Assembly (NCBI GenBank): GCA_963706075.1
Contig: CAVPLP010000001.1
Coordinates: 4,541-68,540, forward strand
Direction: 5' to 3'
From: an uncultured Actinomycetes bacterium
Lineage (GTDB): Bacteria; Actinomycetota; Thermoleophilia; Gaiellales; JAICJC01
Length of the DNA: 64,000 nt
The notes beneath the pieces are model-generated. The model was not told the DNA's origin, made no database searches, and was given only the letters and a program-made list of their open reading frames with translations. The translations under genes were made by a program, and so were the position numbers. This document shows positions 29,545 to 39,660 of this stretch, piece after piece. Within the stretch, counting starts at the first letter, position 1, and every line of letters starts with the position of its first letter.

Positions 29545-30817
29545 GTGAAACCATGCGCCCCCGTGGCACGTGTGTTCAAAGACCCCCGGAAGTCGGAGTA
29601 TCTGAACGCCGAGGGGGCCGATCGGCCGCTTCGGAGCCCGATCCCGCACGAGACGCTCGTCGCGGCCCGCGGGTACCGGAAGCGCAGGATTGTCGAGCAG
29701 GTGGTCGCCGCACGACTGCGCCGCGATCCTGCTCTACGACCCGATCAACATCCGCTACGCGCTCGACGTCTCGAACATGCAGGTGTGGACGGCCCACAGC
29801 CCGATCCACAGCGCGCTCGTCTTCGCCGACGGCCACGCGATCGACTACGAGTACCAGTCGACCGCCCACCTCGCCGAGGGCCTCGAGACGGTCGATGAGG
29901 TGCGCCCGGCGCTCGCGTGGTTCTACCTGTACTCCGGCGAGAACCTGGCCGAGTGGGTCGAGCGCTGGGCGGTCGACCTCGTCGCGACGCTGCGCGAGCG
30001 TGCCGGCCGGGGCGAGCTGCGCTGGCGGTCGACAGGCTCGACCCGCCCGGCACCGACGCGCTCCGCCGGCACGGCGTCACGCTGGTCGAGGGCCAGGAGC
30101 TGACCGAGCACGCGCGGCTGATCAAGAGCCCCGACGAGATCGCGCTCATGCGCTGGACGATCCGCGTGTGCGAGGCCGGGATGGCGCGCATGCACGAGCT
30201 GTCGGTCGACGGGCGGACCGAGCAGGAGATCTGGGCCGAGCTCCATCACGAGAACATCCGCTCGGGCGGCGAGTGGATCGAGACGCGGCTCTGCGTCGCC
30301 GGCGACCGCACCAACCCGTGGTACCAGGAGTGCTCGGACCACGTCGCCCGGCGAGGCGACATGCTGGCCTTCGACACCGACCTGATCGGGCCGTACGGCT
30401 ACTGCGCCGACCTCTCGCGGTCGTGGACGATCGACCACGTCCCGATGACGGGCGAGCAGCGCACGCTCTACAGCGCGGCGCTCGAGCAGATCGAGCACAA
30501 CCTGGCCCTGATCGAGCCGGGCATGGACTTCCGCGAGTACATGGAGCGGAGCTGGGCCGATTCCCGGCCGGTACCTGGCCAATCGCTACTCGTGCCTGCT
30601 CCACGGCGTCGGGCTGGCCGACGAGTACCCGGGCGTCTACGCACCCGAGGACGTGTCGGAGTTCGTGTCCGGGCGGTTCGAGCCGGGGATGGTGCTGTGC
30701 GCCGAGAGCCTGATCGCCGAGGACGGCGGCCGCGAGGCGGTCAAGCTCGAGACGCAGGTGCTCGTGACCGAGGCCGGCGCCGAACGGCTCGACACGTTCC
30801 CGTGGGAGGACGTCTAG
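29545..30817 (+). pseudogene. M24-family metallopeptidase (creatinase/prolidase-like), three frame breaks
   Basis: The N-terminal domain HDCAAILLYDPINIRYALD follows extra nt 29710. One nt is missing near 30021 (GEL/RLAVDRLD). The pita-bread core has DTDLIGPYGYCADLSR. After a +1 break near 30565 it reads YLANRYSCLLHGVGLADEYP..ESLI, ending at the TAG at 30815-30817. The exact start (29545-29575) is unresolved. Confidence 0.75.
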
Positions 30818-30819
30818 CG

Positions 30820-32757
30820 CTACTGGAGCTTGCGCGGCGTGACGGACTGCCACGTCCGCGTGCGCAGGAGCTCGCCGTTCTCGTAGACGTCGAGGCGCAG
30901 GTCGAACATGTAGGTCTCGGCGTCGCTCCGCAGCTCAACGTGCGCGACGGTGCGCGCGGTCACCTCGGGCCAGGCCACCTCGACGTCGGTCTCGGACTCG
31001 ACCCACGGCCCGCCCCGGGTCGTGAGGCGCGACGCCGGCGCGAACACGATCCGTGCGCTGCACGTGCGACCCCTCCGCGAGGTCGGCCCGCGACTCCTGC
31101 TCGACCACGACCCGTGCCTCGCGCCCGTAGACGTCGTGCTCGATGCGCCACGCGGCCCCGTCGGCCTCGCCATCCGTGCCGCCGTCGATGTGGACGAGGT
31201 CGGGCGGCTGGGTGATCGGCGCCGGGCCGGGGACCTCGGGGAGCACAAGCCGCGTCTCTGCGAGCACGACCGTCAGCTCCGACGCGGCCGGGGGCGGCCA
31301 GGCGTCAGGCCAGCCGGCCCCTGCGATCGCCAGGCGGATGCGGTTTCCGGCCGTGAAGACCCACGACGTCGCGTCGAGCTCGATCCGCACGCTGTAGGCC
31401 TCTCCGGGCGTGACCGGGTCCGGGTCGGTGTGTGAATCGCGGTGGGTGAGGTTCAGGATCCCGCGGCTCACGAGGGCCGACGTGCCGTCGGGGAGCACCT
31501 CCGAGAGCCGCGCGGCGGCGAACGCGACGGGGTGGCTCGACCGCACCGTCAGCTCGAGCACGGGCGGGCCCAGGATCTCGAGATCGCCGGGCACGGGCCA
31601 GTCGTAGACGAGCGAGTGGAGCTCGTCCGGCCGCTGGTCGAGCGCGAGCCCATAGGGCGGGTAGTACGTACCGCGGATGTGCCCCATGACGCCGACGTCG
31701 CCGCGCACCGCGAGGGTGTCCTCCGCATGACCGCCGTCGCGAGCCGGCTCGAGCACGAGCGGGCGGCTGCGCGCCGGCGGCCATTCCGGCTCGCAGCGCC
31801 ACTCGCCCCGGAACGCGTCGAGGTGGGGCTCCGGCGGCGTCGTGCGGCGCGCGAAGAGCACGATCGGCGGCTCGAGGTCGATCCCGTTCTCGACTCCGCG
31901 AAGCCAGCGGTCGAACCAGCGGATGAGCTCGCGGACGTGGTCGATCCGGGGACCGGGACCGAGTCGATCGGGTTCATGTGGCTCCACGGCCCCATGAGCA
32001 GGCGCTTGGGGACGTCGAGGTGCTCGATCAGCCGCAGGGCGGAGTTGCGGTAGAGGTCGCTCCAGCCGCCGATGACCATCGTCGGGACCCGGATCAGCCC
32101 GTAGTCGGGGCGCAGCGAGCCCCGGCGCCAGAACGGCCCGTCGTTCTGCTCCTCGATCGAGCGGTACCAGGGCACGAGGTCGTCGATCCGCGCCAGCCAC
32201 CGCTCCCGCCAGTCGTCGCCGGCCAGAGCGGGCACCGGCGGGAGGGCGTTCAGCGCGACCATCGACAGCGGGTAGTTGAACTCGATCGCCTTGCGGATCC
32301 CGCCGGCGTAGTGGATGTCGTCGGTGTAGCGGTCGTCGGTCGCGTAGAGCGGGACGATCGCCCGCAGCGCCGGCGGCCCGAGCATCGCGGCGTGGAGCGT
32401 CGCGAACCCGGCATACGAGCTCCCGAACATCCCGACCGAGCCCGTGCACCAGGGCTGCTCGGCGAGCCACGCGATGACGGCGCACAGGTCGTCGGCCTCG
32501 GTCGCCGGGTACTCGTCGACGGCGACGCCGTCCGAGGTGCCCGTGCCGCGCGTGTCGACACGGCAGACCGCATAGTCGCCCTCGTCCCGAAGCCGGCGGT
32601 AGTCGTCGGGCCAGACCGAGACGTCGTCCTTGCGATACGGGTACGCCTCGAGGATCGCGGGCCACGGGCCGGGCGTCTCGGGCAGGTACAGCGTCGCGGC
32701 GAGCCGCACGCCGTCGCCCATCGGGATGAAGACGTTCGACTCCGGCAACGGGCCCAT
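30820..32757 (-). pseudogene. CocE/NonD-family hydrolase (second paralogue), two frame breaks
   Basis: ATG at 32755-32757. Motifs: AYPYRKDD and the nucleophile elbow GSSYAGF. One nt is missing near 31957, then ELIRWFDRWLRG. Extra nt at 31051, then the C-terminal beta domain to the TAG at 30820. Confidence 0.8.
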
Positions 32758-32804
32758 TCTGTCATCGCCCGGCGGCGAGGGCTCGATGCCATAGCCTGGG
32801 CCCG

Positions 32805-34007
32805 ATGACGGGATCGCGCCGCATCACGCTCGCAGTCGGCGTTCTGATGTTCGTCGACGCGGCCCTCTACCTGGCGGTGATCCCGCTCCTTCCGCAGTAC
32901 GTCGAGCGGTTCGGGCTGAGCACGTTTCAGGCGGGCGTGGTCGTCGCGGCGTATCCGATCTCGGTCCCGCTCGTGTCGCTCGGCTGCATTGTCCTGGTGC
33001 CGCGGATCGGCGCCAAACGGATCACGCTCGCGTCGGCGGCGCTGATGTCGGTGGCGACCGTCATCTTCGCGTGGGCGCCGAACGCGGGCGTGCTCATCAC
33101 GGCCCGCCTCGTCCAGGGGTTCGCCAGCGGATCGATCTGGACCGCGTCGATGGCCTGGGTGACCGACAACGCCGAGCCCGGCCGCCGCGGCCGCGAGTCG
33201 GGCATCGTGATGGGGATGCTCTCGGCCGGGTCGATCGCCGGGCCGGCCGTCGGCGCCGTCGCGGCCTGGGCAGGGCAGGGGCTGGCGTTCGGGCTGGTCG
33301 CCGCGGTCAGCGTCGTGGGTGTCGTGCTCTCGGCGCTCGCGCCCGCCGGGCGCCACGTCGGCGCGCCGCAACACGTGGGCCAGGCGCTCGCGAGCGCGAT
33401 CCGCCAGTCGGCCACCCGAGCTGCGCTCTCGCTGACGCTGATCGACCTGCTGACGTTCGGCGCGGTCGACCTGCTCGTGCCGCTGCATCTCGGAGCCACC
33501 GGCACGTCGGTGAGCGTGATCGCGGCGGCGCTCGGCGCGGGCGCCGTCCTCGGAGCGCTCGCCGGCCCGGCTGCCGGGCGCATGGTCGACCGCCTGGGCC
33601 CGCAGCGGGTCGGCCTGGCGGCCGCCGCCTGTATCGTCCCGCTCCCCGTCGTCCTCGCGTTCGAGCCCACGACTGCGGTGCAGCTCGGCATCCTCGTCAT
33701 CGGCGGCCCCCTGTTCGCGACGGTCGGGAGCGCGATCTTCCCGCTCTCGTCCGCAGGGGCCGACGCGGCCCGCGTCGCCCACGTGACGGCGACGGGCCTG
33801 ATGGGCGTCGTCTGGGCGAGCGGCTTCACCGTCGTCCCGCTGGCCGTCGGGGCGATCGCCCAGTCGACGTCGAACGCCGTCGCCTATCTGGCGATGGTCG
33901 CGCTCTCGGCCCCGGTGCTCGTGCTGCTACGCCGCTTCGTGCGGCAGGAGGATCAGACCGCGGACTCGAGGATCTCGGCCGTCTCGGACTCCGGCGGCAT
34001 GCCGTAG
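32805..34007 (+). CDS. MFS transporter
   Basis: Intact 400 aa with about 12 TM segments and an MFS loop motif (VPRIGAKR). The 3' 55 nt overlap the convergent cupin gene. Confidence 0.8.
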   Translation: MTGSRRITLAVGVLMFVDAALYLAVIPLLPQYVERFGLSTFQAGVVVAAYPISVPLVSLGCIVLVPRIGAKRITLASAALMSVATVIFAWAPNAGVLITARLVQGFASGSIWTASMAWVTDNAEPGRRGRESGIVMGMLSAGSIAGPAVGAVAAWAGQGLAFGLVAAVSVVGVVLSALAPAGRHVGAPQHVGQALASAIRQSATRAALSLTLIDLLTFGAVDLLVPLHLGATGTSVSVIAAALGAGAVLGALAGPAAGRMVDRLGPQRVGLAAAACIVPLPVVLAFEPTTAVQLGILVIGGPLFATVGSAIFPLSSAGADAARVAHVTATGLMGVVWASGFTVVPLAVGAIAQSTSNAVAYLAMVALSAPVLVLLRRFVRQEDQTADSRISAVSDSGGMP

Positions 34008-34342
34008 GCGTAGACGATCAGATCGTCGTCCGTGTGGTTCACCGACTGAAGCGGCGTCCCCGGACTGATGTGGATCAGCCCACCGGCGGGGACGTCGTGT
34101 CGCTCGGGCGGCTCGCCCACGTACATCGAGAGCGTGCCCGAGAGCACAACGAACGTCTCCTCCTGCTGCTTGTGGCGGTGCCGCTTGCCCTTGGCGTGCG
34201 GCTCGTACCGCCACACGTTGGCCCGGGTGTGCTCGATCCCGGCCATATCGCTCAGCTCGGCGACGTGGCGCGCCGGCTCCCCCGGCTCATGCGGCCGCGT
34301 CAGCCACTCGAAATCCTCGGGCGCGACCACTCGGAACCCCAC
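33953..34342 (-). CDS. Cupin-domain protein
   Basis: 129 aa. Cupin motifs HRHKQQEETFVVLSG and PAGGLIHISPGTPLQSVN. Confidence 0.75.
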   Translation of the reverse strand: MGFRVVAPEDFEWLTRPHEPGEPARHVAELSDMAGIEHTRANVWRYEPHAKGKRHRHKQQEETFVVLSGTLSMYVGEPPERHDVPAGGLIHISPGTPLQSVNHTDDDLIVYAYGMPPESETAEILESAV

Positions 34343-34365
34343 ACCGGCACCCTAGATCGCCTCCG

Positions 34366-35160
34366 CTATCCGATGTGGAAGGTCTCGGTGTGGCCGTCGA
34401 CGGCGATCGCCTGGCCGCTGATCATGCGGGCGGCGTCGGACGCGAGGAAGAGGCACGTGTCGGCGATCTCATCGGGCTGGACGAAGCGGGCGATCGACTG
34501 GCCCTCGAGGTACTCGCGCTCGACCGCCTCGGACGACGCTCCCCGTGCGGTCGCCTCGCGAGCGATCACGTCGCGCATGCGGATCCCGTCGACCGAGCCC
34601 GGGCAGATCGCGTTGGCGCGGACGTCGTACGGGCCGAGCTCGATGGCGAGCGTCTTGGTGAGGCCGATGACCGCCCACTTGGCGGCCACGTATGGGGCGC
34701 GCATGCCGATCCCGTACTGCCCCGCGGTCGACGAGATGTTGATGATCGATCCCGCCCGCGCGGCCTTCATCGACGGGATCACGCGCGCGCACGTCCGGTA
34801 GTGGCTCGTCACGCCGATGGCGAGGCAGCGCTCCCACTCCTCCGTCGCAACGTCCTCGACGAGCGCCGTCGGGCCGGCGATGCCGGCGTTGTTCACGAGG
34901 ACGTCGAGGCCGCCGAGCGCCTCGAGCGTGCCGTCGATCCACCCGTCGACCGCGGCGGGGTCGGCGACGTCGACTTCGGCCGCCATGAGTCCTTCAGCCG
35001 ACGCGGCCCGCACGGCGGCGGCGTCGATGTCGCAGACGTGGACCCGGGCGCCCTGCGCGGCGAACGCTCTCGCCACCGCCAGGCCGATCCCGCTCCCCGC
35101 CGCCGTGATCGCGACGCGTGTTCCCACCGTGCTCCCCTCCCGGTCGATCGTCGGTGTCAC
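34366..35160 (-). CDS. SDR-family oxidoreductase
   Basis: The GTG at 35158-35160 lies 1 nt after the upstream stop. Motifs: TAAGSGIGLA, NNAG, and catalytic YVAAK. 264 aa. Confidence 0.85.
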   Translation of the reverse strand: MTPTIDREGSTVGTRVAITAAGSGIGLAVARAFAAQGARVHVCDIDAAAVRAASAEGLMAAEVDVADPAAVDGWIDGTLEALGGLDVLVNNAGIAGPTALVEDVATEEWERCLAIGVTSHYRTCARVIPSMKAARAGSIINISSTAGQYGIGMRAPYVAAKWAVIGLTKTLAIELGPYDVRANAICPGSVDGIRMRDVIAREATARGASSEAVEREYLEGQSIARFVQPDEIADTCLFLASDAARMISGQAIAVDGHTETFHIG

Positions 35161-35161
35161 G

Positions 35162-36304
35162 TCAGCCCTGGCGGTGCGGGTACTCCGCCTCGCGGTTCTG
35201 GAACGAGAGGATGCGGGGGTTCTGGACGACGCCGTCTCGGATCTCGACCGCGCGCCGGATGGTCTCGCTGGCCTCCCAGCCGTCTGAGCCCGACATGACG
35301 GCGCGCATGTGCGGGATGAGTGCGTCGCTGATCTCCCACGTCGCCGAGTTCCAGAGGTACGTCGGGCTGTGGTCGACGGCGTAGTAGTGGACGCCCGGCC
35401 CGACCGTGAAGATCGGCTCGGCGAACGACGTCGGGCGGGCCCACTCGAATCCCATCCCCTCGTCGCACGAGACGTCGACGACAAGGCTGCCGCGCTGGAA
35501 CAGCTCCAGATCCTCGTTCGTGACGAACATCTGCGGGTCGTCGGTGTCCTGGAGGATGCAGTTCACGATGATGTCGTGCCGGGCCAGGTACTCGGCGAGC
35601 GACCCGCGCTCGGGATGGGTCAGCTCGGGCCGGCGGGCGGGATCGGTATCGTCGCGGTCGTAGTGGACGAGGTGCGCGGGCGGCATGGGCGACGCGACCG
35701 CCGGGACGCTTCGCTGCGTCAGCACGGTGACGTCGTGGACGCCGAGAGCGAGCAGCGCGGCGACGGCGCCGCGGGCCGTCGCGCCGAAGCTGATGACGGC
35801 GGCGCGCAGGCGAAGGCCGTAGTAGCCCGACGTGCCGCGGAGCTGCATGGCATGGAGCACGGAGCAGTAGCCGGCGAGCTCGTTGTTCTTGTGGAAGACG
35901 TGCAGGCTGAAGGCGCCGTCTCGCGTCCAGTGGTTCATCGCCTCCCAGGCGATGACCGTGAGCCGCTGGTCGATCGCGAGCTGGGTCAGTCCGGTGTCCT
36001 GGACGCAGTGCGGCCAGCCCCACAGCACCTGGCCCGAGCGCAAGGCGGCGACGTCTTCGTGGAGCGGCTTGGGCACGACGACGATGTCGCACTCCGCGAT
36101 CAGCTCCTCGCGGGAGCGAAGGCCGCCCACCTTGGTCTCGAGCTCGTCGTCGCCGTACCCATGCCGCAGCCCGTACCCGCGCTCAAGGAACGTCCGGCTT
36201 CGCAGATCCGGATCAATCCGGTCGAGGTGCCGGGGGTGGATCGCGAGCCGGCTCTCGTGCTCCTTGCGCGACGTCGCGACGACGCCGAGGGTCAGCTCGC
36301 TCAC
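35162..36304 (-). CDS. N5-(carboxyethyl)ornithine synthase-like (AlaDH/PNT fold) dehydrogenase
   Basis: The GTG at 36302-36304 overlaps the zf-UBP stop (GTGA). LWGWPHC, KNNELAGYCSVLHA, VISFGATARGAVAALLALG, IIVNCILQD and HYYAVDHSPTYLW parallel my recollection of Lactococcus CEOS. Confidence 0.7.
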   Translation of the reverse strand: MSELTLGVVATSRKEHESRLAIHPRHLDRIDPDLRSRTFLERGYGLRHGYGDDELETKVGGLRSREELIAECDIVVVPKPLHEDVAALRSGQVLWGWPHCVQDTGLTQLAIDQRLTVIAWEAMNHWTRDGAFSLHVFHKNNELAGYCSVLHAMQLRGTSGYYGLRLRAAVISFGATARGAVAALLALGVHDVTVLTQRSVPAVASPMPPAHLVHYDRDDTDPARRPELTHPERGSLAEYLARHDIIVNCILQDTDDPQMFVTNEDLELFQRGSLVVDVSCDEGMGFEWARPTSFAEPIFTVGPGVHYYAVDHSPTYLWNSATWEISDALIPHMRAVMSGSDGWEASETIRRAVEIRDGVVQNPRILSFQNREAEYPHRQG

Positions 36305-36615
36305 GAGCTCTCCGCCGATCCGCTTGCCGCTCGCTCCTCGGGCGGGGCCTCGAAGGCGACCTCGTCGACGTAGCACCAGGCCCAGTCCTCGCCGGGCTCG
36401 GCTGAGCGGATCAGCGGGTGAGCGCTCTCGTTGGCATGGGCGGTCGCGTGCTTCATGGGTGACGAGTCACAGCATCCGATCTTGCCGCAGTTCAGGCACA
36501 TCCGCAGGTGCAGCCAGCGGCTGCCCATCTTGAGGCACTCCTCGCATCCCAGCGGCGACGGCGGAAGCGCGGTCACCTGGATCTGGTCGAGGTGGGTACA
36601 AGTGATGTCTGTCAT
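36301..36615 (-). CDS. UBP-type zinc-finger (zf-UBP) domain protein
   Basis: 104 aa with RBS GGAGG. Cys/His pattern: CTH..CEEC..WLHLRMCLNCGKIGCCDSSPMKHATAH..H..WCY. Confidence 0.75.
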   Translation of the reverse strand: MTDITCTHLDQIQVTALPPSPLGCEECLKMGSRWLHLRMCLNCGKIGCCDSSPMKHATAHANESAHPLIRSAEPGEDWAWCYVDEVAFEAPPEERAASGSAESS

Positions 36616-36634
36616 CGCCCCTCCAATCGAGTGC

Positions 36635-37339
36635 TTACCTGAGGATGTTGACCGCGCGTGCTGCGACCAGCACTACGGTAACCGCCGACGCCGCGGCCTC
36701 GACCAGCATCAGCGCCTTCGCCCAGCGGGTGAGCGGCATCGCGTCGGTCGGGCTGAACGCGATCGCGTTCGTAAACGAGACGTACATGTAGTCGAAGAGC
36801 CGCGGATGCCAGCCGGGCGCGGCGAGCTGCGGATTCTCCATCTGCGGGAACTGGAAGTCCGGGGGCGGCGGATCCGGCTCGCGGCGGCGGACGGGGCCGC
36901 CCCGGTCGAACCCCCAGTACCAGAGGCCGAACGCGGTCACGTTCGTGCTCCACACGGCGACTCCCTTGATGAGCAGCTCGGTGCCGTCTCGCTCCTGGTC
37001 GGAGAGCACCGATCCGATCAGCGCCATGAGCGCGATCGCGTTGCCAATGCTGATTACGCCGAGCAGCGCCAGCGCCACCGTTCGCCGATGGCCGAGCTGC
37101 TCGAGCTGGTGCCGTGGCCGAGACCACGCCAGCGGGATCAGGAGCAGGAGCTCCGGGACCGCGAGCACGAGCCAGAACCACCACGGGAGGCCCCAGAGCT
37201 TCCAACCCTCGGCATGACTCACGGCCGCCAGGGCGAGGTGCAGGGCGACGATCAACCCGACCGCAGGCGCCGCCTCCCACCGCGACTCGACCTCGGCCTC
37301 GTGCACGCCGGCGTCCGGAAGGTTCGCGTCGTCGTCCAT
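36635..37339 (-). CDS. DUF1345-type membrane protein
   Basis: ATG at 37337-37339. 234 aa. TM-rich. Contains FTNAIAFSPTDAMPLTRWAK. Confidence 0.65.
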   Translation of the reverse strand: MDDDANLPDAGVHEAEVESRWEAAPAVGLIVALHLALAAVSHAEGWKLWGLPWWFWLVLAVPELLLLIPLAWSRPRHQLEQLGHRRTVALALLGVISIGNAIALMALIGSVLSDQERDGTELLIKGVAVWSTNVTAFGLWYWGFDRGGPVRRREPDPPPPDFQFPQMENPQLAAPGWHPRLFDYMYVSFTNAIAFSPTDAMPLTRWAKALMLVEAAASAVTVVLVAARAVNILR

Positions 37340-37490
37340 TCCGGTGCAGCATCGCATCTCCTCGTGGCGCGCAAACGGCCCGGTTCTCACGAGCCGCCAA
37401 TCAGGCGCCGCGATCGCCTTGCGCGACGACGGCGGAGGCCTGACCATCCAGGGAGGTGAACTTTCTCGTGGAGGGTGCGTCACACACACG

Positions 37491-38114
37491 ATGACCGGCA
37501 GGCAGGGACCGACCCCACGCGCCTCCGACCCTGCGAACAGCGGGGCGGAATCGTCCGAACGGGCCCATCGGCGAGAACGCACAGCCGGGGCCGACGACGC
37601 GACGCTTGTCGACCTCGCCCGGGGCGGCGACGAGAACGCGTTCGCACTGCTCGTGGACCGATACGGGCCGATGGTGCTGAGCCTCGCGTACGCCTCGACG
37701 CTGAGCCGGATGGATGCGGAGGACGTGGCCCAGGAGACGTTTCTCGTCGCCTGGCGAGGGCTGGCGCGGTTCCGCGGTGACGCCGCCTTCTCGACGTGGC
37801 TGTACGGCCTGGCCCGCAGCCGCTGCGCGGACAAGGCCCGCCGGGCGGGCGCTCGGCCGCGGCCGGCAGCTCACGCCGAGGCCGACGCGATCCAGGTGGC
37901 TCCGGGCGATCCCGCCGGGCGCAAGACCGCGCTTGCGATCCTCGCCGCCGCCGGCCGGCTTGCGATGCCGCAGCGCCAGGCCGTCCTGATGCGCGACGTG
38001 CAGGGACTGTCCTACGACGAGATCGCCGCGGTTCAGGATGTGCCGGTGGGGACGGTGCGCTCCCGCATTGCCGCCGCGCGACGGTCGATCGCAGACGAGG
38101 TGGGCGAGGCGTGA
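37491..38114 (+). CDS. ECF-type RNA polymerase sigma factor
   Basis: ATG at 37491. Region 2 DVAQETFLVAWRGL and region 4 LSYDEIAAVQDVPVGTVRSRIAAAR. The stop overlaps the next start (GTGA). Confidence 0.85.
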   Translation: MTGRQGPTPRASDPANSGAESSERAHRRERTAGADDATLVDLARGGDENAFALLVDRYGPMVLSLAYASTLSRMDAEDVAQETFLVAWRGLARFRGDAAFSTWLYGLARSRCADKARRAGARPRPAAHAEADAIQVAPGDPAGRKTALAILAAAGRLAMPQRQAVLMRDVQGLSYDEIAAVQDVPVGTVRSRIAAARRSIADEVGEA

Positions 38115-38566
38115 GCGAGCACCTCACCGACGTGCAGCTGTCGCGGTTGATCGACGGCGACCTGTCGCTGACGAGCCGCGAGGCCGTCACGGCGCACCTG
38201 CGCGCGTGTCCGGCCTGCGCGGAGCGCCACGACCAGATCATCGCGGTGGCCGCCACCCTGCGCTCGGAGCCGGCCCACGCCTGGACGAGCGCCATGACGG
38301 CGTCCGCGATCCACGAACTGCCGCGTCGCAGGCGCACGGTGCGGGTGGGAATTGCGGCGGGCGTCTCGGCCGCGATGTGCGGCCTCGTCCTTCTGGAGGC
38401 GGCACCGGTCGTCGCGGCTGCGCTCGGCCTGCTCGGCGTGCTCGCGGGTGCGAGCGTCGCGGTCACGCACCCGGCGGTGGCCGTGTCCGGCTCGCCGCTC
38501 CTTGCGATCATGGCCGTCGCCATCCTGGCACCGCTGGCCGCGTATCCGCTTGCGAGGTGGCGATGA
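38111..38566 (+). CDS. Anti-sigma factor (zf-HC2) with TM segments
   Basis: GTG at 38111. The HLRACPACAERH motif is followed by hydrophobic segments. The stop overlaps the next ATG (ATGA). Confidence 0.75.
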   Translation: MSEHLTDVQLSRLIDGDLSLTSREAVTAHLRACPACAERHDQIIAVAATLRSEPAHAWTSAMTASAIHELPRRRRTVRVGIAAGVSAAMCGLVLLEAAPVVAAALGLLGVLAGASVAVTHPAVAVSGSPLLAIMAVAILAPLAAYPLARWR

Positions 38567-39337
38567 GGCGCCGGGTCGTCGGTGTGGCCGCGCTGGCATG
38601 CCTCGCGACGCTGGCGCTCCCCGGGACGGCGATGGCTGACACCGTCGTGCCGGCGGGCCACACCGTCGTCGAGGTCACGGTGATCGGCGAGGACGTCGTG
38701 CTCGACGGCACCTCGGCCGGCAGCGTCATCGTCATCGACGGCGACGTCACGATCGGGCCGCACGGGCGGGCGCTGGACGGCGTCACGCTGATCGGCGGCC
38801 AGCTGACGACGGCGCCCGGCTCGCAGATTCGCGGCGACGTCTTCCAGTTCGGCGGGCCCATCCCGCACCCGACCGGATGGACGCTGGTGGGGCTGATCGC
38901 AGCGCTGCTCGCAGCCCGGACTGCGGCCGTCTGGCTGGTCGTGCGCATCGCGCGCATCCTCGAGCCGTGGCCAACGGCAGCCGCGATGCTCGCCGCGTCA
39001 CGCCAGCGGCCGATCCGAAGCGGCGTCGTCGGCGCCCTCCTCGCGGCAGGAGCGCTCGCGGCGGCCGTCCTGCTCGCCGTTGTCGTCGTCGGGCTGGTCT
39101 TCGCCGCGGCGATCGCCGGCATGGTGCTGCTCGCCACGTCGCTGGGCGTCTCGTTCGCGCTGGCCGGCGTTGGCCAGAGACCGTCAGCACGCCAACACGA
39201 TCGCGTTTGCCCTCGCGGTGCCGCTCATCGGAGACGCGCTCCTTGCCCTCGCCTGCATCGTGGGTCTCGGCGCCGTCTTCCACTACGTCGTCGACGAGCG
39301 AGACGGCCGAGCTCTGGCCATGCCATCCGAGTCCTGA
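38563..39337 (+). pseudogene. Secreted/membrane protein with a bactofilin-like (polymer-forming) beta-helical domain, one +1 break
   Basis: Signal peptide MRRRVVGVAALACLATLALPGTAMA. Repetitive motifs VIGEDVVLDG, VIVIDGDVTIG, TLIGGQLT. Four TM segments. A break near 39175 joins to ORF 39080..39337. Confidence 0.6.
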
Positions 39338-39358
39338 CCAACCGAAGGAGACACACAG

Positions 39359-39622
39359 TTGCCAAGCGACCGAGTCCTGATTCCCGCTGCCGTCGTAGCC
39401 GGCGTCGTCCTGATCATCGTCGCCGCGATCTACTGGATCGAGCCGGCGAAGTCACTCCCGTTCCCGAACTTCCTCGGGCATGAGGCGGGCGTGACCACCC
39501 ACCACATCAAGCACGGCATCGCCGCGTTCCTGCTCGGAATCGCATGCTTCATCTTCGCGTGGTTCCGATCGGGCCCGAGGCGGGTCGGCCTCGACGCGAA
39601 TACGTCCGGGCGATCGTCCTGA
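39359..39622 (+). CDS. Small two-TM membrane protein
   Basis: TTG at 39359 follows GAAGGAG. 87 aa, with two hydrophobic helices. Confidence 0.55.
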   Translation: MPSDRVLIPAAVVAGVVLIIVAAIYWIEPAKSLPFPNFLGHEAGVTTHHIKHGIAAFLLGIACFIFAWFRSGPRRVGLDANTSGRSS

Positions 39623-39660
39623 GCACCCGCACCCTGCGCGCTCACTAGGCGGGAAGCATC

